Shown: positions 27,812-42,218, counted from the first letter of the stretch. The stretch: 64,000 nucleotides of DNA from Eledone cirrhosa (GCA_964016885.1 OZ024741.1:115010001-115074000), one strand, 5' to 3'. Numbers and translations: made by a program. Notes: generated by a model not told the origin, from the letters alone.

Positions 27812-28456
27812 GTGTATATATTTGAACTGAGGTACTGTAGTATGTGCAATAACTCGTACTCCATTATTATCAGCTTTACTGCAAGTTATAAAGTAGAAGT
27901 AGCAAATATGACAGAACATACATAGTGAAGGCATTATTATCTCCTTCACTTACATTACTTTCTCCTCTAAAAATCTGAATTCTGTCTTATAACATTTATT
28001 TCACATATTTACGCACGTATAATTATTACATTTTCGATACTTGTGAAGTGCACTTCGTGTAATTCAACAGCACATTTTTAAAACAATCTCTTTGATGTTT
28101 TCCACAAAACGAAATGAAGAAATGTGTAATAGCTAGATAGCATATATTTTTGCTTGATGTGGGCTAGATTCAGATGCATGTATTAAAAAATGAAATTGAA
28201 TAATGTCACTATTAATTAATCATGAGCTCATTATTAGCACGGTAGTACCGGGATTTTATTCAAACACCATGAAATGTCAATCTTCAATGGAAGCGTTCTG
28301 TTATGTAAGTCTACAATTATTGTCTAGAAATAAAGATGAAATATTCTTCTTACCAAACCTTTTGTTATATTTATTTTGTTGCTTTTGTTGCTAGTTTTCT
28401 TTGGGTTGCTGAAGTTGTTTGCCCTCTCGCGTCACTTTTGGTTAAGCTTACAGGCA

Positions 28457-28668
28457 TTCCTATGATCGTCTAAGATGCCTTATGATTTACCAAGAAGCAC
28501 TATGTTCGACTAAGAAGCCCTATGATCGACTGAACAGATCTATGATTTACAGAGCAAAGCTATGATCGGTAGAGCAAAGCTTTTATCGAATGAAGGGGCC
28601 CATAATTAATAAAGCAAAGTTATGATCCGCTAGATAAACTTATTGATTAAGCGAACTTATGACTGAAA
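28457..28668. repeat. Degenerate ~20-bp minisatellite (CTATGATCGACTAAGAAGCC-like)
   Basis: About ten decaying units. Confidence 0.75.
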
Positions 28669-28967
28669 GTATTCCAGGTATCTTCTCTAGGGAAATATGT
28701 TTCTATAACCTTTTGAAATGTGTAGCTCCATTTGTAAGAAGGTAGGGTGTGATTTGAGAATAATATGGCTTCTATTTATAGCAAGATGAATGGCTATGTA
28801 GTGTCTGTCTCGGTGACTCAAGTGGATCCGTTATTGGCTTGATTTCTTTGTTAGTTTCCCGAAACACTTCTGCCAATATAATTCAAGTAGTTAAACTATA
28901 AATAACATTTCTCTCATTACATAGACTACATATGAATAGACGTAATTAGACATTTGATAGTCAATAG

Positions 28968-29182
28968 AGCGGTGGCTTGGCAGAATCATTAAGGAGTCGG
29001 CTAAAATGCTTCTCGATATTTTGATCAGGCTTTTTTCGTTCTGAGTTCAAATCCCGCCGAGGTTAACTTTGCATTCATCCTTTCGGTGTCCATAAAACAA
29101 AGTACTACTCACGTACTGGGGTTGATAAAATTGACTGCCCTCCCCAAACTTTATTGGCCTTGCGCCTAAATTACAAATCATT
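28968..29182 (+). mobile_element. SINE family 1
   Basis: Head, B-box, core and tail. Confidence 0.82.
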
Positions 29183-29911
29183 AGATGATCTGTATTTAAA
29201 AGAAAGTTCGGTTAATATTAAAAATTGTGAGTAGGTAAAATAAACTAAAACTAATATCATACTAGCTATGACACAGTTAAATAAACTTGTGATTACTGAC
29301 TCTTACACAAGATTGATAATGACACTGCTGTTGTTCTGAAGTAAACTATATGTAAGTTATTCCATTTAATACTCACAAAGACCAAAAATGCTGTTCTTAC
29401 AGTTCCTGAGTTCGAATCTTCACAAAATGTTTGGGCATTTTTCCAGTGTCTATCGACTATGAAAGCTAATACAGAAACCCATCCACCATTAATACATGTA
29501 CATGTATAAGCACTCACACACAACACGACTAGAATAATGGTATCCATATATATATATATATACTTGAGTCGACCAAGTCTTATAACTGAAAATGGGTAGA
29601 CGAAACATTTGTGAAAGCCCGCAGAATTGAATGTATCTATAACTCGTAGGTCCGGCCTTTTCACATAGTGTCACACAGATTCGGCTTGGGAATTACATGA
29701 AGAGAATATGACACGTGGTTATGGAATAATCAACTACTTTATGAATCAATGTGAAATACAAGTACACATTGTGTAGTATCTACGAAAAACAAACTATTAA
29801 AGGGAAAAGTAAAGGAAGAAAAAAGGAAAGGAAACGGAGAAAAAGAAAAGGAAAGAAGGATCAAGCAACGAAAGAAAGGGAGAGGAAGAGGAACAGTCAC
29901 TACACCACAGT

Positions 29912-30130
29912 CTAAGCGGTGCCGTAGCCGCGCCTCGCGGATAAAACGGCAAAAGAGTTATCACAGAGAATGGCCAGTGACACCTGCTGCAACAGCCATT
30001 CCACCTCATGAGACTCCCTCCTCAAGTGGGCCGCAGTTTTTCCGACGTTTCGGAGGAAAGCAGCAGTGCGGAAATCAAGGATACCAGAGATCTCAACGGA
30101 GACCGGTGTAAAGAGGAAGCAGTCGGTCAA
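29912..30130 (-). pseudogene. Restriction-like endonuclease C-terminus of a CRE/HERO-like LINE
   Basis: FTPVSVEISG...RRESHEVEWLLQQVSLAILCDNSFAVL matches the FxPxxxExxG...LxQRxSxAxxRGN pattern. Confidence 0.68.
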
Positions 30131-32177
30131 GCTCCAGTATTTGACTATCTTATATCTTAATTAATTAATTAATGAGTTGGACACTCAGTTGATCGAACAA
30201 CTAAATATTCACGGTTATATTATTTCAAAAGCTGCACCGTAAAGACTACTACTGATCGTTTGTATGTATAGATCTGTAACACTTGATGGAATTGTAAGGG
30301 TATCATAGTGACATACAGCGTTTCATGGCTGTTTCAAACCATCCAGTTATGAACAAGGATGATTTCTTTCAGAGAAGGAGAGAGAGTGATAGATAAGAAG
30401 TGAGAAAGACATATAAAAGACGAATTTACCCTAGCACTAGACTGGTACTTTTTTATTGACCTCAAAAGGATGAAAGGCAAAGTTGATGACAGTGGGATTT
30501 GAACTCAGAGAGCGCAGAGACCCGGAATGAATATCCAACGTTTTTAAGGCCTCTGTCAATTCGCTGCCTGATACTCATTCTTTAAGATAAAAAAATACTT
30601 TGTCCCTAATTGTTTGTGGATCAACAACATAAGTGAAGTTTCTACCTATATTAGAGTTATATTAATCTTCGTATCTGAGACGATTCTGCACCTTGAATAT
30701 ATGGCGGCGAACCGGTTATTAGGACGTCGAATTAAATGACTTTGTATTTGTTCCAGCTATCTACACTATGAATATAAATTCAAACATGTTCAAATTCAAT
30801 CGTTTTGGGGTAAATAAATAAAATACCAGTCGCGTGCGGGGTAGATTGACGGAATTGTAGGTGTCGGACACGGTGCATTCCGGTATCATAGTTTAAATCC
30901 CGCTTCTTTCAGCTAAGAGTCGCGACCGGAAGATTACATCCGCAGTGGAAACCCCGTCTTTTCTTTTTCGAATACATTAAGAAAATGTCACATGACCAAT
31001 TTGTAAAGCCTTAAAAGTCATTACGTTACAGCTAATATTTCATAGATGTATTAACCCCCCTCCCACACCACCATCTCGCTTTCTCTCTATCCCTCACCCT
31101 CTTATTATTTCCTTCCCTCTCCCCCTTTCTTTATTTTCTATCTATCTCTCCCCACACTCTTTTCTAACGCTGCCGAAATCGTTGCTTCTTCCTAAACATT
31201 ACAAGATATAAATCAACCCATCAAAACCAATTTTTTCTACTTGCCGTTTCTTCTTTTCCTCTTATATACTCGTTCACATTCCACAAAGTCCTGCACTTTA
31301 AAAGTTTTCATCAAACTTTTCTTCTCTAAGAATTTCAACCACTAGTAGTATACCGTTTCGACCACAGATCGACTTATGACACTCCTTCTTTCATCTTCTT
31401 CTTCTTCTTCTTATTCTTCTTCTTCTTCTTCTTCTTCTTCCAATCCCTTGGAGGAGTCTGGAATGCACAACCAGTGCCATTGCCCCTCTTCACCTAAATA
31501 ATTGTTTCTACCTTTGGCACAAGGCCAGCAATTATCCCAATGCATTGCTGGTACTTTATTTTATCGACCCCGTAGGGATGATAGGCAAAGTTAAGCTCGG
31601 TGGGATTTGAACCCAGACCGTAATGGGCCGTAACTCTATGCTGCAAAGCATGGCGTCCGACCCTCTACCGATACTGCCAAACCACCACATCTTCACCTAA
31701 ATAATGCTTTCTAACTTAGACACATGATCAACAATTTAGAGGGGTTAGAGATGGCGACAATCGATGAATCGACCAGGAATTTCAGTTTATCGACATCTAA
31801 ATGATAAAAAGTAAAGATGACCTTGGTGGCTTTGAACTCAGAACGTAAAGGGTCAATCCACCACCATTTTCCGCCTAAATACTAAGAAGTTACCACTTAT
31901 CTCTACGTAAATCTATCTCCCCGTTGTTAATAGTTGCTATGTTTTCTAATAGCAATCTTAGTTTTCATACGTGGAAACGATGCTGATTTATTTCCGTAGA
32001 AAAGTTTTACAGAAATTTTAAGTACAGGAATTTTTGTGTATTCAAAGAAGAGGAAATATTTACATAAATCTTCGTAATTCATTTTGTAATTGAAAAGAAT
32101 GTTTCGGATTTTGTGTTTGTTTTTATCTTTGTTTCTATACTACATTTAAATTAGATTTATGGTATGCAGTCGTTGAA
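30093..32177 (+). repeat. ~2.1-kb direct duplication, copy 2
   Basis: Near-identical to 25703-27729. Confidence 0.93.
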
Positions 32178-32269
32178 AATTGAATTAATACATGTGTGGA
32201 AAAAAAATATGTGTAAAAAAATATATGTGTAAAAAATTAATCGTTATTCGTGGAATATGTTATAGGACA

Positions 32270-34500
32270 TTAGCTATATACTCGGTGGAAGGTTTTGAAG
32301 GATTTATGATTACAAAGACCAAATAAATCTGTACGTCTATTTATTATAGAGTTGAAATTCGAGATAATGGTAAATTTTTCAGCTAGACATAAATTACAAA
32401 CACTAGATATGGAAGCATTGGCGTATGGAGAAGCGTTGCAGATTTTACGCCAAGAAATTTCGTAATTAATGTTTTTGTCTTTTAAGGACCAATTACTTTC
32501 TGAGAGTGCGGTTTTGGTCCTTTTAAGTGGATATTTAAATGTAGAAGAATGATTATAGAGTCTTGCTTTAAAAGCGGTAGAAGTAGAGCCAATGTAGGTA
32601 TAGGTGTTGGTACTAGTTACCACTTTACATTCGTATACTAGGGTTTTATCGAGACAGAAATTACTAAGAGGACAATTAGTTTTAATAGGGCAGTTGCATT
32701 TATGATTAAGATTATTTACAGTGTTATTTGCAAGTGGCCCAGGATTAATTATATTAGGAACTGTAGTGGTGGAATTAGCTAAAGGAGGTGCTAAAGTTTC
32801 CAGATTTACATTACTATTTGAAGCATTCCTCAAAGTTACATTTGACGTCGTATTTATACTTGTGTTATTTTGCCTAGAGTTTATATTGACGTCTGGCCTT
32901 AGAGTGTTATTATTATGGCTCTCATGATTAGATGCATATGAGTTATTATTTACTATTTTAGAATAATTTTAGAAATGTTGGAAGTAGTGAATATGAGAAT
33001 TTAATGGTATGCTTATTGAAAATCTTACTATATATATGTGAAGGGGGGGGGGGGAGCTGTTATCTAAAGACCTAAAAAATAATTTAGGGATATTATTAAT
33101 AAGTGAAAGAGAGAAGGAAGTTTTGTACCAAAGGATATTTTTATATCTAGGTCTCCTCCTTTTGTTAGTGGTATGATTATTACTAGCTACATTACTATAA
33201 GTTCTGCCAAGATTAGTTTCCTTCGTGTATCTAATTTTGTCTGGATATCCAGCCCTAGATAACGCATTATTATAATAGTTGGCATTAGCTTCGAAGATAT
33301 CTTTATTAGAGGATAAATTAGAAATTCTTTTTTCAACACTTCTGACTATAGCAGTTCTAACATTATTAGGGTGGTTAGATTTAAAGTTAACGTAATTTAG
33401 GTTCTCATTATCCTTATCCTTATGATATGGGTAATATAGGCCGGTATCTAGATTAAGGGATATATCAAAGAAAGTTGCTAATTTATCATTATTCTCGAAT
33501 TCTATTTTTAAGTTAAGATGCTTAAATAGTTCAAGTATATGTTTCTTAATAATATTAAAGTTTACTTTGTTGCAATTAGAGACAGTAAAAAGGGCATCAT
33601 CACGATAAACTCCACCACGAAGTTGAGGAATTTTCCGGTTTAAAGTGTTCAAGATGAACATTCCAACCAAGTCGCTCAATTGAGCTGAATCCGACGAACC
33701 CATGGTGATGTCGAAATTGTTGGAAGTATCCGCTCTTGTTCAATATTCAGTGTTAAATTCCAAGATGGTTTTCCTTGCGGTGAGAATGATGTTTAATTCA
33801 TCAGTAGTGATGTCCGAGTATTTTGACGGATATGAGAAAGCCTTGTTAAGGAGTGAAGGAGAAAAGGAAGAGTAATAGCTAGCAATGTCTAGTTGAATAA
33901 ATTTTAGTTTGTTTTTATTATTCAGGTCATTGAACCAGTCTATCACATCAGAACAACCCGACCATAAATTCAATTGAGATTTAGAGCTAACCTGTGGGAT
34001 AATTCTGTCCAAGATGTATTTACTAACAACCCCCAGGTAAGATTTAGAAGGGGCAATTAGTCTTATAGGCAAGTCGGTTCGAACATTTCTTTTGTGATCC
34101 TTCAGACTAATCCTCGGAATTCTTGGGAAGAAGGGTTCTGTTTTTTTCTCAATACCGAGTTTGATTATAATCTCATATGCTTCGCTATTAATAGAATCAA
34201 GATTATCGTACGTAGTTTTACGATAATTTTTTCTTAATTCTTTAAGGATAAGGTTATTATATTTATCCTTACTTATGCCATATACATTATTTGTTTTGTC
34301 AGAATGAACTAAAACGTTTTAAGAAGAATTAAGGTCATTAATTTTATTCTTAAGGTTGATAAGGTGTCCCTGGCCTCGATAAGGGTTTCTTTTGAACTTA
34401 AGTCCTCGTATAATTTTAGTTAATTCATTTTCAAAATGTGCTTAGTATTTTATTAAAGGGAGGATTTCTTCTGAAGTTAAATAATTAATCGAGGTTATTA
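32270..34500 (-). pseudogene. Penelope-like retroelement RT + GIY-YIG ORF (Naiad-like), disrupted
   Basis: SDKTNNVY, LKDHK, RLIAPSKSYLG, QLDIASYYSS, FDITMGSSD, VYRDD, FFDISLNL, SNHP, CNCxxxxxCPLxxxC, LVYECKV..YIGST..FKARLYNH, CNLC..NRRTDLFGLCNH; contains stops and frameshifts. Confidence 0.93.
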
Positions 34501-34518
34501 GGTTCCTTTACGCGCGCG

Positions 34519-34549
<31 letters not shown>

Positions 34550-34700
34550 ACGCACACGCACACGCACACGCCCCCCCCCCACACGTATATATATATTTAT
34601 TTGTAAGCAAAGATTAAAAGTGTAAGCAAACGATGTCTGCTTCCACCCTAAGCGGGTATATACTGATATATATATATATATATATATATAGTTATGGAAC

Positions 34701-34742
34701 CGACCTTGAGCCAATCCTCAGCGAAATGCGCGTAACAGGTCG
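34701..34742 (+). ncRNA. Hammerhead remnant with the 5' part of the core deleted
   Basis: CGACCT-[gap]TGA-GC caatcctca GC-GAAA-TGCGCG-TA-ACAGGTCG. Confidence 0.45.
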
Positions 34743-35001
34743 ATAGACAATAAATATATTTCACATGTAAAAGAAATTTTCTAGTTTTTTCTAATATATA
34801 CACTCTGCCGGTGCATAGAGTGCTTGATATAGTACCAACACCAGTAATTCACTGAACTACCTACAATATATATATGTAGATAAATCTACCAAGAGTTTAC
34901 GGTAGTGTAACACATATATATCCTAGAAACGATCGTTAAATAATGAACTTTTTTTGTTTAATATAAGGAACTGTTTCATTGTTTTATTCATTATTTTTTT
35001 A

Positions 35002-35066
<65 letters not shown>

Positions 35067-35549
35067 AAGTATAGTTAACATGAAGCGTTGTGAGATATGC
35101 AATAAGTGATAAGAACTTCAGAAAGCCATTACAATGCGGTAAAATATATATATATATATATATATATATAAAGGTGGTATTGGAGTAAAGGATGATAAAT
35201 AAAACTAAACAAAACAAAAAACCTTTTTTTTTTTACTCAGTATATTTCATCATAATATTTTCCATGTAAAACATTTCTATACATTTTATAACATTATACA
35301 ACCTAAATTCTTTCTTGATAACACGCCTTCTCTTTCTATATATACATATTTCCTTGTATGAATAAAAACCTTGTTCTACTTTGAAAAGTATTATCTTTTA
35401 TTCACAATTGTATAAATAAATTACAAATCAAAAAAGAAAAGGTAAAGGAAAAGAAAGGAAAAAACACTAGCAGGTAATAAAACCATACCAGAAAAGGCAA
35501 GCGAAAGGGGCGGACAAAGGAACCACTGTCAGAACAAAAGATAATGATA

Positions 35550-35740
35550 TCGCGAGGAGCACTGGAAAGTCTAATCATTTTTATTAGCGTTATGATGGCA
35601 AGACTGATACGCTGGAACTATCAAGTGCCCTCATAAGCATAACCAGTTACTTCGGTTAGGCGAGCCGCCAGTGAGGAAAAGTTGACATGTAAACTCCTGA
35701 TACAGCATAGTTGAAGTTGAATTATCCTGATATCCACATT
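35550..35740 (-). pseudogene. Second decayed restriction-like endonuclease LINE 3' fragment
   Basis: SLAARLTEVTGYAYEG..FQRISLAII, followed by a T-rich 3' UTR like that at 29800-29900. Confidence 0.5.
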
Positions 35741-35862
35741 GAATTAGCGAATCTAGATGTAATCGTTTACATATTAATGTAAGTTATGTAATAAATATTG
35801 ATCCTTCAATTATGGAATTGAGTGTATTCATGTAATTTCTTGATTTCTATATAAATACTCAG

Positions 35863-35921
<59 letters not shown>

Positions 35922-35925
<4 letters not shown>

Positions 35926-36966
35926 AGATTATGTCCATAGAATCATTTGATAAAATATATACACTATTTTCTCTCCCAACTAGCATAATTAACCACATAA
36001 AAAATCAATTAGACCAGGCTATAAGAATAAAGGCTCCTATGAAGAAATACTTGATAAATAAACGAAAGTGGCCTCTTCGCGGCTGACCGCAATAGAATAT
36101 TTACCCAACATTTCGACAGCATGTAGAAATTGACTAAATATACCGTCAAACATACTCAATTAGGTATAAATTTAAAGTTAGAAGAAATGCGTACATTCTT
36201 ACCGTGATTACGTCCCTACCATGGTTTCGTTCGTATTTTGAGATATCCTATTAAGGATAAATCTCGAGTATCGAACTCATCAGGAGACAAACTCAATAGG
36301 ACAGTTAATTTTCCAAAGCGATCCCCGCCAGAAATATATTTTAAAAAATGGCTAAGAATCGTGACGTTGGCAGTGGTCAAGAATGTGATTAGTTGCTTAC
36401 GGCGAGTAGGCTGGTTGCTAGAAAGCGCAGCCCAATATCGCCCAAATTGCATCTCAACCGAATGGGAGATTATTAAATATAAAGATTTACATATACACAA
36501 AGTCACAGATATATATATGTGGCAACCATTCACGATGTGGCTCAATGAAGAATTAATAAATTAAATAATCAGAGCAATATATCATAAACTATGACCATAG
36601 AATCATTTGATAAAATATATACACTAATTCCTCTCCCAACTACCATAATTAACCACATAAAAAATCAATTAGACCAGGCTATAAGAATAAAGGCTCCTAT
36701 GAAGAAATGCTTGATAAATAAACAAAATTGGCCTCTTCGCGGCTGACCGCAATAGCATATTTACCCAACATTTCGACAGCATGTAGAAATTGACTAAATA
36801 TACCGTCAACCATACTCAATTAGGTATACATTTAAAGTTAGAAGAAATGCGTACATTCTTACGGTGATTACGTCCCTACCATGGTCGTTCCTATTTTGGT
36901 CGTTCGTATTAAGGATAAATCTCGAGTATCGAACTCATCAGGAGACACACTCAATAGGACAGTTAA
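35922..36966 (-). mobile_element. Non-coding 660-bp HHR unit, ~1.55 tandem copies
   Basis: 35940-36308 repeats at 36600-36966. Homologous to 4790-5872 and flanked by (TA)n. Confidence 0.87.
36212..36288 (-). ncRNA. Type I hammerhead ribozyme, extended stem II
   Basis: GTCTC-CTGATGA-GTTCG...CGAAC-GAAA-CCATGG-TA-GGGAC. The tandem copy at 36872-36947 has a broken GAAA. Confidence 0.85.
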
Positions 36967-37395
36967 TATATATATATATATATATATATATAGGAAAATG
37001 TTTAACCCTGGCGGCAGAGCTCAAGCCGTTTCGACGGCTATTTCTGGACTAGTCCTGCTATGTAATTTCGTTAACTTAATAATTTTCTGTAAATATTTTC
37101 AATCTTTGATGAAACTATTTGAATGTACAAAATGTTCTTCTGTACTAAAATTTGAACTACGTTTCTTTCATAACTATATATTTAAAACGTAAACTCAACA
37201 TCGTTCGTAATATATATTGAAAATGTAAACAAATTAATATATGTGTTATATATCTATTAAAAATAACAGAATATATAATCACCAATAATATTTATATATT
37301 TATTTATCTATATAGATATTTATATATTTATAATATGTTGTAATATAATAAGATAAAGTGTACTTACAACCATAATTCTTCATATAATCCAATAA

Positions 37396-37580
37396 TAATT
37401 GTTTCTACTTTAGGCACAAGGCCAGCAAATTACCCAATGCATTACTGGTACTTTATTTTATCGACCCCGTAAGGATGAAAGGCAAAGTCAACCTCGGCGG
37501 GATTTGAACTCAGATCGTAAAGAGACGTAACTATGCTGGAAAGCATGGCGTCTGACCCTCTACCGATACTGCCAATCCAC
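37396..37580 (-). mobile_element. SINE family 1
   Basis: Well-preserved full copy. Confidence 0.9.
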
Positions 37581-37899
37581 AATGATTATATGTAATATTA
37601 TAACTCATGCTTTAAATATATTTTAAATTTCTGGATTGATATTCTACCACTTCAACACACTTTTAATTTTTAACGTTTTAATTTGTAAATTCACGTAAAC
37701 TCTAATCTATACTATAAAGCTGACGGCTGTATGTAGGTAACAAACTTTCCGCCAAACGGGTGGACCAAACAGCACCAAATTCCAAGTAAAAAAGTGAGGG
37801 TATTTTCGTCTACTGAATTTTGTTAATAGATTAAAGACATTATTTAAATATTCACTTCTTTAAAAATTTCAAATGTCAACACTTCCAGTTATACGACAT

Positions 37900-38067
37900 T
37901 CCTAACGTCTTCACTAACCAAAGTATCATCTTCCTGTTTTCTTTCAGTTGCAACGTTTTTCGAAATATTTACTTCTGCGTTCACAGATTGATTTTTTTAG
38001 TTTCAGAAGATCCCGTTAAGGGTGAAAGCAGCGATTCCTTGCTTAAACTTTAATCTGTTATTTTAAT
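37900..38067 (+). mobile_element. Solo pseudo-LTR 3' part of the 2612-4390 family, with U4A hammerhead at 37999-38049
   Basis: Homologous to 4222-4387; AGTTT CAGAAGA TCCC..GGGT GAAA GCA..TGC TT AAACT; ends in TA. Confidence 0.75.
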
Positions 38068-39020
38068 ATATATATATAATTATATATAGATATATTATTA
38101 TAGATATTTTTGCATACACAAAAACAATATATAAACAAACGTATTTATTTCACGAAAGCACAGACGGCTTATCGTCTGCCGATATGCCACCCAAAAAGTC
38201 CTAGCCTGGCTGGAAGATCAGATTTTCCAAAGGAAAAAATGTTACTAGAGCAACAGAGAAACTAAGCTTCGTGATTATCATCAACAAAGCTCAGGGTAAA
38301 CTCCCCAAAATGGCTGGCCTTCATCTGGGAAAACTATGGTCAATTGTATGTAGGATGCACTAGGGTGAGCTAAGGAAGAGGAGAGGAAGGAGAGAAGGCG
38401 AAAAGATACCTACAATAAAAGAACATCTTAAAATTTACCCAAGTTAAATGTTGTATTTATTAACATTTCTATCTGCAGGTTCTTAGCAAGCTTACTGGCG
38501 ATTTAATATAGTATTCAATTCTCATATCGTTTTTGATTGATATAGTGCATATATCGCAGCTATTCATATGTTTTAAACATTAGATAACGATTGATGATGT
38601 ACGACAGAATTAGCTGAAAAATATTTTGAATGAACAAATAAAAGAGATATAAAAGAGAGATGTTTGTTGGTTGGTTCCTTCACGTATCACACGAAATAAA
38701 AAAACGAAAAGTGACAATCGGAAAGTATGTACAGGATTGGGATAAGAGTATATCCAGGAAAGTTTATTGATACTAATTTTATAACACCAAAGAAGAAGAA
38801 AGACATACCACGTATGCTAACAAACCTGACTGCTATTTCTAGCAGGCTGGGAATCAACCATAAGGGATTCTCTCTGCGAGTTTGTTGTCAGTGATGATCG
38901 TGTTTCGCGGCCTATGTCTCCGATTCCAACGGTGGTTTACACACACACACATGCACATGCACATGCACACGCACAGGAACACTCACACAGGCACACACAC
39001 ACACACACATATACATATAT

Positions 39021-39065
<45 letters not shown>

Positions 39066-39482
39066 TATATATACACAAACACACACACACACACACACAC
39101 ACAATACACACACACTGTAAACAAGACAATGCATTCAATACAGACGTTTTCTCTTCTGCAGGCCTTCTCTTATCATTTGTTAACCTTGGCGAAGCTGGGT
39201 ACCTCAACTAGTATTAATATAAGCTTCTCTTTCTTCTCCCTATATATATATCCTAATAATTATTTAAATCTGCCTAGCGTCTAAAAAATAATGATTTTTT
39301 CAGCCCTACGCTTCAACTTTATTTGCATATTCATCAAAATAATTTGAAATATTTGTTCTTTTTTACTTTCTTCCTCTTTTTTCTTTTTTTCTTTTTTTCC
39401 TCTTTCCTATGACTATCCAAACGGAACTTGAACCGTTAAGGTCCGATTCCTGGGTATGTCACTATTTATAAAACAAATTTTG

Positions 39483-39543
39483 TATTTTATCTGATGAGGG
39501 CGTACCAAAGTTTTGGTACCCTTGAAATATATATAATAGAATA
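39483..39543 (+). ncRNA. Type I hammerhead ribozyme
   Basis: TATTTTAT-CTGATGA-GGGCGTACCAAAG tt TTGGTACCCTT-GAAA-TATATA-TA-ATAGAATA. Confidence 0.82.
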
Positions 39544-39671
39544 AATATGGTTTTATAAATATAGTCTCCATTTATTAATATCATTGATATTATACTCCAG
39601 AAAACTTGTCGAGTGCTTCAAATCTGAATAAATATATTTGTTGATTTACCAACGAATTAAATATCTCTTTG

Positions 39672-39708
<37 letters not shown>

Positions 39709-39748
39709 CGATATTAACAAATGGAAACTATATTTATAAAACTATATC

Positions 39749-39813
39749 TATTTCATTATACATATTTCAAGGATACCATGTTAAATTATGGTATGCTTTC
39801 ATCAGACAAAATA
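39749..39813 (-). ncRNA. Type I hammerhead ribozyme, diverged relative of 39483
   Basis: TATTTTGT-CTGATGA-AAGCATACCAT..ATGGTATCCTT-GAAA-TATGTA-TA-ATGAAATA, with compensatory changes in stem II. Confidence 0.85.
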
Positions 39814-39901
39814 CAATATATACCAGTTTTATAAATAAACATTGACGTACCCTTTCAAAATGCAACCGTTACTTTTGGAAGACATCAAGGATAGTCAAAG
39901 A

Positions 39902-39960
<59 letters not shown>

Positions 39961-40076
39961 GTATATATGTATGTATAGTGTGTGTGTAATAGAGGCGACG
40001 TAGAAGGCAGAAATAATTAAATAAAGGAACTATTCTTGTTTTTGAAACCTCTTATCAGCCTAGAATGACATGTCAC

Positions 40077-40592
<516 letters not shown>

Positions 40593-41324
40593 TCTTCAAC
40601 AATGTGATATGAAATAAAGTGATTAAAAATACAATCAACAGTAATATTTTCTGAAAGCCGTTTGTTTTTTGGCACCGCTATCTGTAAGATTAGTTTCTTG
40701 TTTTTTATTTAGCATGACATACATAAAAATAACATTTTGATAGGTAGCGGGAGGTGGCGGTTTGTCGATTTTTTTGTCAGATATTAGTAAGTCAGAATTG
40801 AGTTGAAATGTAATCGATAATTCAAAAGGAAAAAAAAAAACTATGAATAAAAACTATGAATAAAATAGTTATATAGTTGTATATACAGTCACATAGACAC
40901 GAGCGGACACAGATTAATGAAAACACAATGACACACACATTTATGTATGTATGTATATATGTATCTATGTATGTATGTATGTATGTATGTGTATGTATGT
41001 ATATATGTACACACACATGTGTGTGTGTGTATATCTGCTTGTATGTGCGTATGTTTGTGTTTATATATGTGTACAGGAAGCGTTATTTCGATGCTACGTG
41101 GTTTCGAATTCAGTCATATTGCGTGGCACTTTGAATAAGTGTTTTCTACCATAGCCATGGTTTGACCACTTGCTTGTGAGTAAAATCTGGAAGAAGGAAA
41201 CTGTGCGAAAGCTTGTTATATATATATATTGGTATAAATCGAAGTTGGAGCCGCAGTAGAGCATATATATATATGTAGAAGTTCTTGTTTTTTGGATATG
41301 TCGCTATTTATAAAACAACTTTTG

Positions 41325-41385
41325 TATTTTATCTGATGAGTGCGTACCAAAACTTTGGTACCCTTGAAATACATATAATAAAATA
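41325..41385 (+). ncRNA. Type I hammerhead ribozyme (39483 family)
   Basis: TATTTTAT-CTGATGA-GTGCGTACCAAA ac TTTGGTACCCTT-GAAA-TACATA-TA-ATAAAATA. An inverted 3'-half copy lies at 41494-41573. Confidence 0.8.
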
Positions 41386-41426
41386 AATATGGTTTTATAA
41401 AGATAGTTTCCATTTATTAATATCAT

Positions 41427-41492
<66 letters not shown>

Positions 41493-41679
41493 TCATCAAT
41501 GATATTAATAAATGGAAACTATCTTTATAAAACCGTATTTATTTTATTATATACATTTCAAGGGTACCAAAGTCTACTTTTTACATATATATTTCTAGAG
41601 CCATTGAGCAAATCAAGAATTTCGGTATTAAAGGTAACTTAAAATTAACTGTTTCAACGCACGTTATTTTACTAATCTA

Positions 41680-41872
41680 CTGGTACGGTGGACTGGCAGT
41701 ATCGGTAGAGGGTCGGACGCCATGCTTTGACGCATAGAGTTACGGCCCTTGCCATTCTGAGTTCAAATTCCGCCGAGGTTAACTTTGCCTTTCATCCTTA
41801 CGGGGTCGATAAAATAAAGTACCAGTAATGCACTGGGTAATTGCTGGTCTTGTGCCAAAAGTAGAAACAGTT
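41680..41872 (+). mobile_element. SINE family 1, young full copy with TSD
   Basis: TSD GTTATTTTACTAATCTA at 41663 and 41870. Confidence 0.92.
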
Positions 41873-42007
41873 ATTTTACTAATCTAATAAATTGGGCGTC
41901 TAATGAATGCTGTGAATTGAATCGCGTTTAACAACAATTCCTTCTTGGTCAAAAATTAAACCAATGATTTCTTTTATGTTTCCATGTATAACTTAGTCTG
42001 CGAATGT

Positions 42008-42152
42008 CTAAAGTCTAAAGTCTGTCTCGAGCCTGGAGGCTCATCAGGCCGGATCTTATCCTGGTTTACGTCACGTGTGACGTTAAGCGACTGAGAGTAC
42101 AAGACTTTCCCTGGACTGGACGCCAGTCCATCACAGGGTTATACCTCCAGTA
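42008..42152 (-). mobile_element. SINE family 2, 3' part
   Basis: AACCCTGTGATGGACTGGCGTCCAGTCCAGGG domain with a (TTTAGAC)n tail; homologous to 60470-60595. Confidence 0.7.
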
Positions 42153-42156
42153 GAGC

Positions 42157-42218
<62 letters not shown>

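Noticed and set aside
33740-33742. In-frame TGA in the PLE RT as possible selenocysteine (some Naiad PLEs encode Sec)
   Set aside because: It falls where Trp is expected before FDITMGS (TGG>TGA), and the ORF has other lesions.
40025-40062. Minus-strand CTGATAA hammerhead-like text
   Set aside because: Both core halves are mutated and the stems are too short to support a call.
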